IMG/VR virus record: IMGVR_UViG_3300025168_000088
Span: 1 to 61,600 of that record
Source: a virus
Lineage: Duplodnaviria; Caudoviricetes
DNA: 61,600 nucleotides
Reading direction: 5' to 3' (one strand)
Under the pieces are notes generated by a model. It searched no databases and was not told where the DNA came from. It was given only the letters and a program-made list of their open reading frames with translations. Of this stretch, positions 59,201 to 61,600 are shown piece after piece. The number at the start of each line of letters is the position of its first letter. Position 1 is the stretch's first letter. Made by a program: the position numbers and the translations under genes.

Positions 59201-61600
59201 CACCGTTCCACTCATCTACCGCAGTAGTTCCTTCTACCGGCACTCCTAAATCAACCATAGTTTCGACTATGTAAGTAGCACCAGCGCCGATAATTGTCGC
59301 TGTTCCGCCGCTCGACATTGTAGTTGAAATATCAATTGCGATTTTAATTTCCCAATTAGAAGTTCCATGTAATCCGTTGTCAGCAATAATGGTGTGAGTG
59401 CCGTCTACATTAGGAGTTGTATTTGAACTTGAAATTACAATTTGCTGTCCTGTTCTAAAGTATTTGATAACATCACTACTGCCCGATATTGCCACCACTC
59501 CTTGACCGTCAGCCGCAACAGTCATGCCTGTGACTGCGGCAGGTTGGCTTTTTGCATTGAAGTGAAATATCTTCTCTTTACTTTGGCTTGTTATCGAACC
59601 TGCTACTCCGGCTCCGCTGGCGGGAAAGTTGATGATGTCGTCAGTCAATTGTAATAAGTTGTCTCCGCTTTCAAAGCCGACAAGTAGAGTAGTGCTTCGG
59701 CTGTTAAAGTGTTTGTAATTACTATTCCAATTTGCTGAATCGGCACCGTCGAGATTGTAAGGCCCAGTGGGTGCTCTCTCCCAATAGTTGTCAATGAGAA
59801 CAGGAAACCCTTCTGTTTCTACGAGGTAGTCGCCTATCTCCTTTCTACCACCGGATGCTTGACCTGTTCTACCTCCATTTGATTCAGTGTTGAGATTGAA
59901 GAACTTGGATGCGTCAACAAAGACAAACGACCCCGCCTTACCCTCCCAGTTCTTGTATCGGTTATCGTCGGAACTGGGGAAAGAGTCCGGCGTGAATGAG
60001 TCGGAGTTGACGGAGGACCAAGTGTTGCCTGTGATTGGGTCTTGGGTCGCATCCATTTGCCATAGGTCAACATCAGTTCCTATCGCTAAATCAATGAACT
60101 CTTGTCTCTCGGAATCATTCGATACCGTAGAGTCAGCGAGGACCATAGATACTGCGTAGTTCTGTGCGTATGGTGCCATCAATCCGAAGTTCTTTTTACG
60201 GAACCCTAAGTCAGCATCAGCCGAGCCATCATTCCTCATGTCAGCCCACATAACCCACACATGCTTGTAGTCATCAGTGTGGCTTCTTATTTTAACAGTA
60301 GCACCGCTGTCGTGGTCTCTTTGAAAGAAGTTCGTCGCTGGCGCAACTGCGGTAGTGCCGAGCATGTGCAAAGTTCCGCCCGTCGCTTCTGTTGCTAAAA
60401 CCTGCCCCAAGCCGAAAAGGGGCTGTGCATTAGCATCACTAAGGGCAGTTGGATTTGTAGTGTAGACTCTTCCTGTTTGAACTGATTGAGGGGTTCGGAC
60501 ATTTGTAAAGCCCATAATGTCGGTTTTAAATGGAGAAGGTCTGTTAGGAATGTTCCTTAGAATAAGTCGCACACACGCAACTCCGTTTCTTGTTGTTAAT
60601 GCACTAAATGTAGTAACTGAACCACCAGCAGTTGCCGCAGTGGTAGCATACATAGGGTCCGGCCTCCAATAACTGTTTAGATTAGCATTTGAGCACCCAG
60701 TGATTGTCATTATTTTATCGTTCATATTGGCATTCCATGCTGATGCGGCGATATACACTACGGGGAACCATGTATAGGGTTGATGGGTTCCGTATGAAGT
60801 TCTAAGTCCATGAACAATCCAATCTATCGCTACTATTGCAGTAGAGGTAGTAGAAGTTGCGCTGGAGACTACGCCGGAGTCAATTGTTCCGTCGGCATCA
60901 ATGATTTCAATACTACCGCCACTCGACAAAAGATGCTGTGCGTTGGCTACCAAGTCAATTTGAGTGTCACCAACAGTGAATGCTGATGCGAGAGTCGTAG
61001 CCGGTGCCTGCTCCTCTATGCGGCCAAACATGTGTTTGAACCATAGAGAGTTCTTGAAATCTTGCATCCAGCGAGAGTGTAGTGCTCGATACTGCGCTGA
61101 TGCGGTTGCTGTTCCGTCATCACACGCGTCATCCCAATTGGAGTAGGGAGCGGTCGGCCCAATGGATGTATCTTCGTCACCATACATTTGAATAGGGTGT
61201 GCTGAACGGTTTCGCATTCGTGAGTCCTTATGTGCGAGGAACACACCCGACCCGTCATCTACTTCATTGAATCCGAGAGTAGCGTTGGCTGATACCAAGC
61301 GAGATGCGCCGAAGTAGTAGGTGTTGAGATTGTTCTGTGCCTCACTACGATTGTATGCTACGCTCGCTGTGCTGTCAGCATCTCCCGAATCACCAAGTTC
61401 CCATGTGGGGATTTGCTGGTCGAGTGATGAGAAGTAGTCCTGTGCGCTTAACTTGATTGTCGGAGTGCGCTCTACTGCCCCCATAGAATAATTAAGAGAG
61501 TTGATTGACCCTCGCCATAGTGGTCGGTCAATGTTATCTCGGAACATTAGAAGAGACCAGTCGGCATATGATGAAGCATTAAAGAACTCAAGTAGGTTTA
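56223..61600 (-). CDS. Giant tail/baseplate protein, 3' part (starts at 1778 in the circular genome)
   Basis: Open frame of 1774+ aa, beta-rich, hub-like segment (ISNVRVFYNG...VTSRNEALIVAKQEY), Gly-rich linker; convergent with and overlapping the ERCC4 gene. Confidence 0.85.
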   Translation of the reverse strand, partial: NLLEFFNASSYADWSLLMFRDNIDRPLWRGSINSLNYSMGAVERTPTIKLSAQDYFSSLDQQIPTWELGDSGDADSTASVAYNRSEAQNNLNTYYFGASRLVSANATLGFNEVDDGSGVFLAHKDSRMRNRSAHPIQMYGDEDTSIGPTAPYSNWDDACDDGTATASAQYRALHSRWMQDFKNSLWFKHMFGRIEEQAPATTLASAFTVGDTQIDLVANAQHLLSSGGSIEIIDADGTIDSGVVSSATSTTSTAIVAIDWIVHGLRTSYGTHQPYTWFPVVYIAASAWNANMNDKIMTITGCSNANLNSYWRPDPMYATTAATAGGSVTTFSALTTRNGVACVRLILRNIPNRPSPFKTDIMGFTNVRTPQSVQTGRVYTTNPTALSDANAQPLFGLGQVLATEATGGTLHMLGTTAVAPATNFFQRDHDSGATVKIRSHTDDYKHVWVMWADMRNDGSADADLGFRKKNFGLMAPYAQNYAVSMVLADSTVSNDSERQEFIDLAIGTDVDLWQMDATQDPITGNTWSSVNSDSFTPDSFPSSDDNRYKNWEGKAGSFVFVDASKFFNLNTESNGGRTGQASGGRKEIGDYLVETEGFPVLIDNYWERAPTGPYNLDGADSANWNSNYKHFNSRSTTLLVGFESGDNLLQLTDDIINFPASGAGVAGSITSQSKEKIFHFNAKSQPAAVTGMTVAADGQGVVAISGSSDVIKYFRTGQQIVISSSNTTPNVDGTHTIIADNGLHGTSNWEIKIAIDISTTMSSGGTATIIGAGATYIVETMVDLGVPVEGTTAVDEWNGAGYGSGNNDAESLVQHATSFFFGNKSVDIPIEKEEGLNQDAYEDATVHVGLANVFPMRLMMQVDGFIENEASLTFNEDDKFRVTWLDSLTQNWLSQSSLYGIPSLASIPVMGNMTTTQTDASGGSENAIISSTSSTGGDGKVIIVGNNQGLPVDGILNNGDTVEIVNNSQLSLAADNYKTRYVVSEVGHNGPHNFKVTVAGKSATINAGYWRKVGSVDTFGSVNDCRNTTIANIFSSTQSGSGIGHTDGTRSVMSWLMGRDSQPSFRPTYGNGFVFNTTNLKISNLNTESGGQISNVRVFYNGGTAFVDYPSATLGTRPRWDIINVDSVTSRNEALIVAKQEYEKNKAAPFAVTAEIIRFSDSHTLNGLNDTMLYEARYGYVADQSRTIPRTCNLAGSYTDDKAWAWASLWGGNLFSGIQNALDGRDGATPNNTDEQGTLAYSANYYWLGSNSLSYAMQVVHVPQGMPKTTMKTPSSGDYNADGHLRIAIDIDDRQDAFTDPNLAMFRIYLLDYDWDAGIVGVTPTLRSSSSISVASNGFYEIGIPSTYWSDQAGNEKMVISVNYDYLTSLLRNRCGGSNTHLNAHNWAGVTYSKGHNTDSIFPLGVRKFGQADYWNKNAEWYAPRLHIVDDWNFVPATTLRYTDAQMGLSNELLSIRSINWSINGRDSEALSIGLERDVSRAAKNFTSYILPKVARGGVQSSGQGNQGGGGSVAPQTPPSGGSTTGGRGGDNAGNPQGGGWQDWGGWGDGGPAQTSSSQLNPITNPNRVSRPDGLSTSINGVHTLSSSALGNTTLNRVKGTMDFNNDSVTGGSFGVLGQTKPTAAPRDGNGISGIDSFISPTSGDAIMGEDGMVFAGAGDWVSPPTSFTATARIPPNAQSNSIRVFGRASMGAASGSAVLLVTVECVETAVRYTNTVSVGQVERGNVVLFSGSVVGADVSNNTIKVTVERNAGQGDDDASHASVELHNIQIATDNRSVAGKSQSSSFTYSE
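61171..61600. repeat. Terminal direct repeat, copy 2
   Basis: Matches 1-430. Confidence 0.97.

Noticed and set aside
61171-61600. Diversity-generating retroelement template/variable repeat pair
   Set aside because: Mismatches are synonymous rather than adenine-specific, and no reverse transcriptase is present.
1-61600. Provirus or integrated element
   Set aside because: No integrase, att-like tRNA or flanking host genes; the ends overlap circularly.

Overview
The window is an essentially complete, circularly permuted genome (unit length about 61,170 bp) of a long-tailed head-tail (Caudoviricetes, siphovirus-like) virus of archaea. Positions 1-430 recur at 61171-61600 with mostly synonymous mismatches. 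The minus-strand arm (24.4 kb back to 1, continuing through 61170 to 56.2 kb) holds the virion and packaging genes: TerL, portal, protease-scaffold, HK97-type capsid, neck, tail tube, frameshifted tail chaperone, tape measure and a ~2,240 aa tail protein split by the window ends. The plus-strand arm holds an accessory/early region and an archaeal-type replisome: MCM-like helicase, RFC, RPA-like SSB, PCNA, PolB, Cas4-like nuclease, AEP primase and XPF/ERCC4. Archaeal TATA-type promoters, GGTGA/GGAGG ribosome-binding sites and a non-acidic proteome suggest a magrovirus-like virus of Marine Group II (Poseidoniales); this host assignment is inference. The most unusual locus is at the strand switch: about 1.15 kb of non-coding, densely base-paired, plus-strand RNA-like sequence (~24950-26090). 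It leads directly into a membrane-anchored amidoligase / Zn-ribbon / class II glutamine amidotransferase fusion whose catalytic Cys is internal. I saw no tRNA, integrase or CRISPR array. All annotations come from motif recognition by eye; no searches were run.
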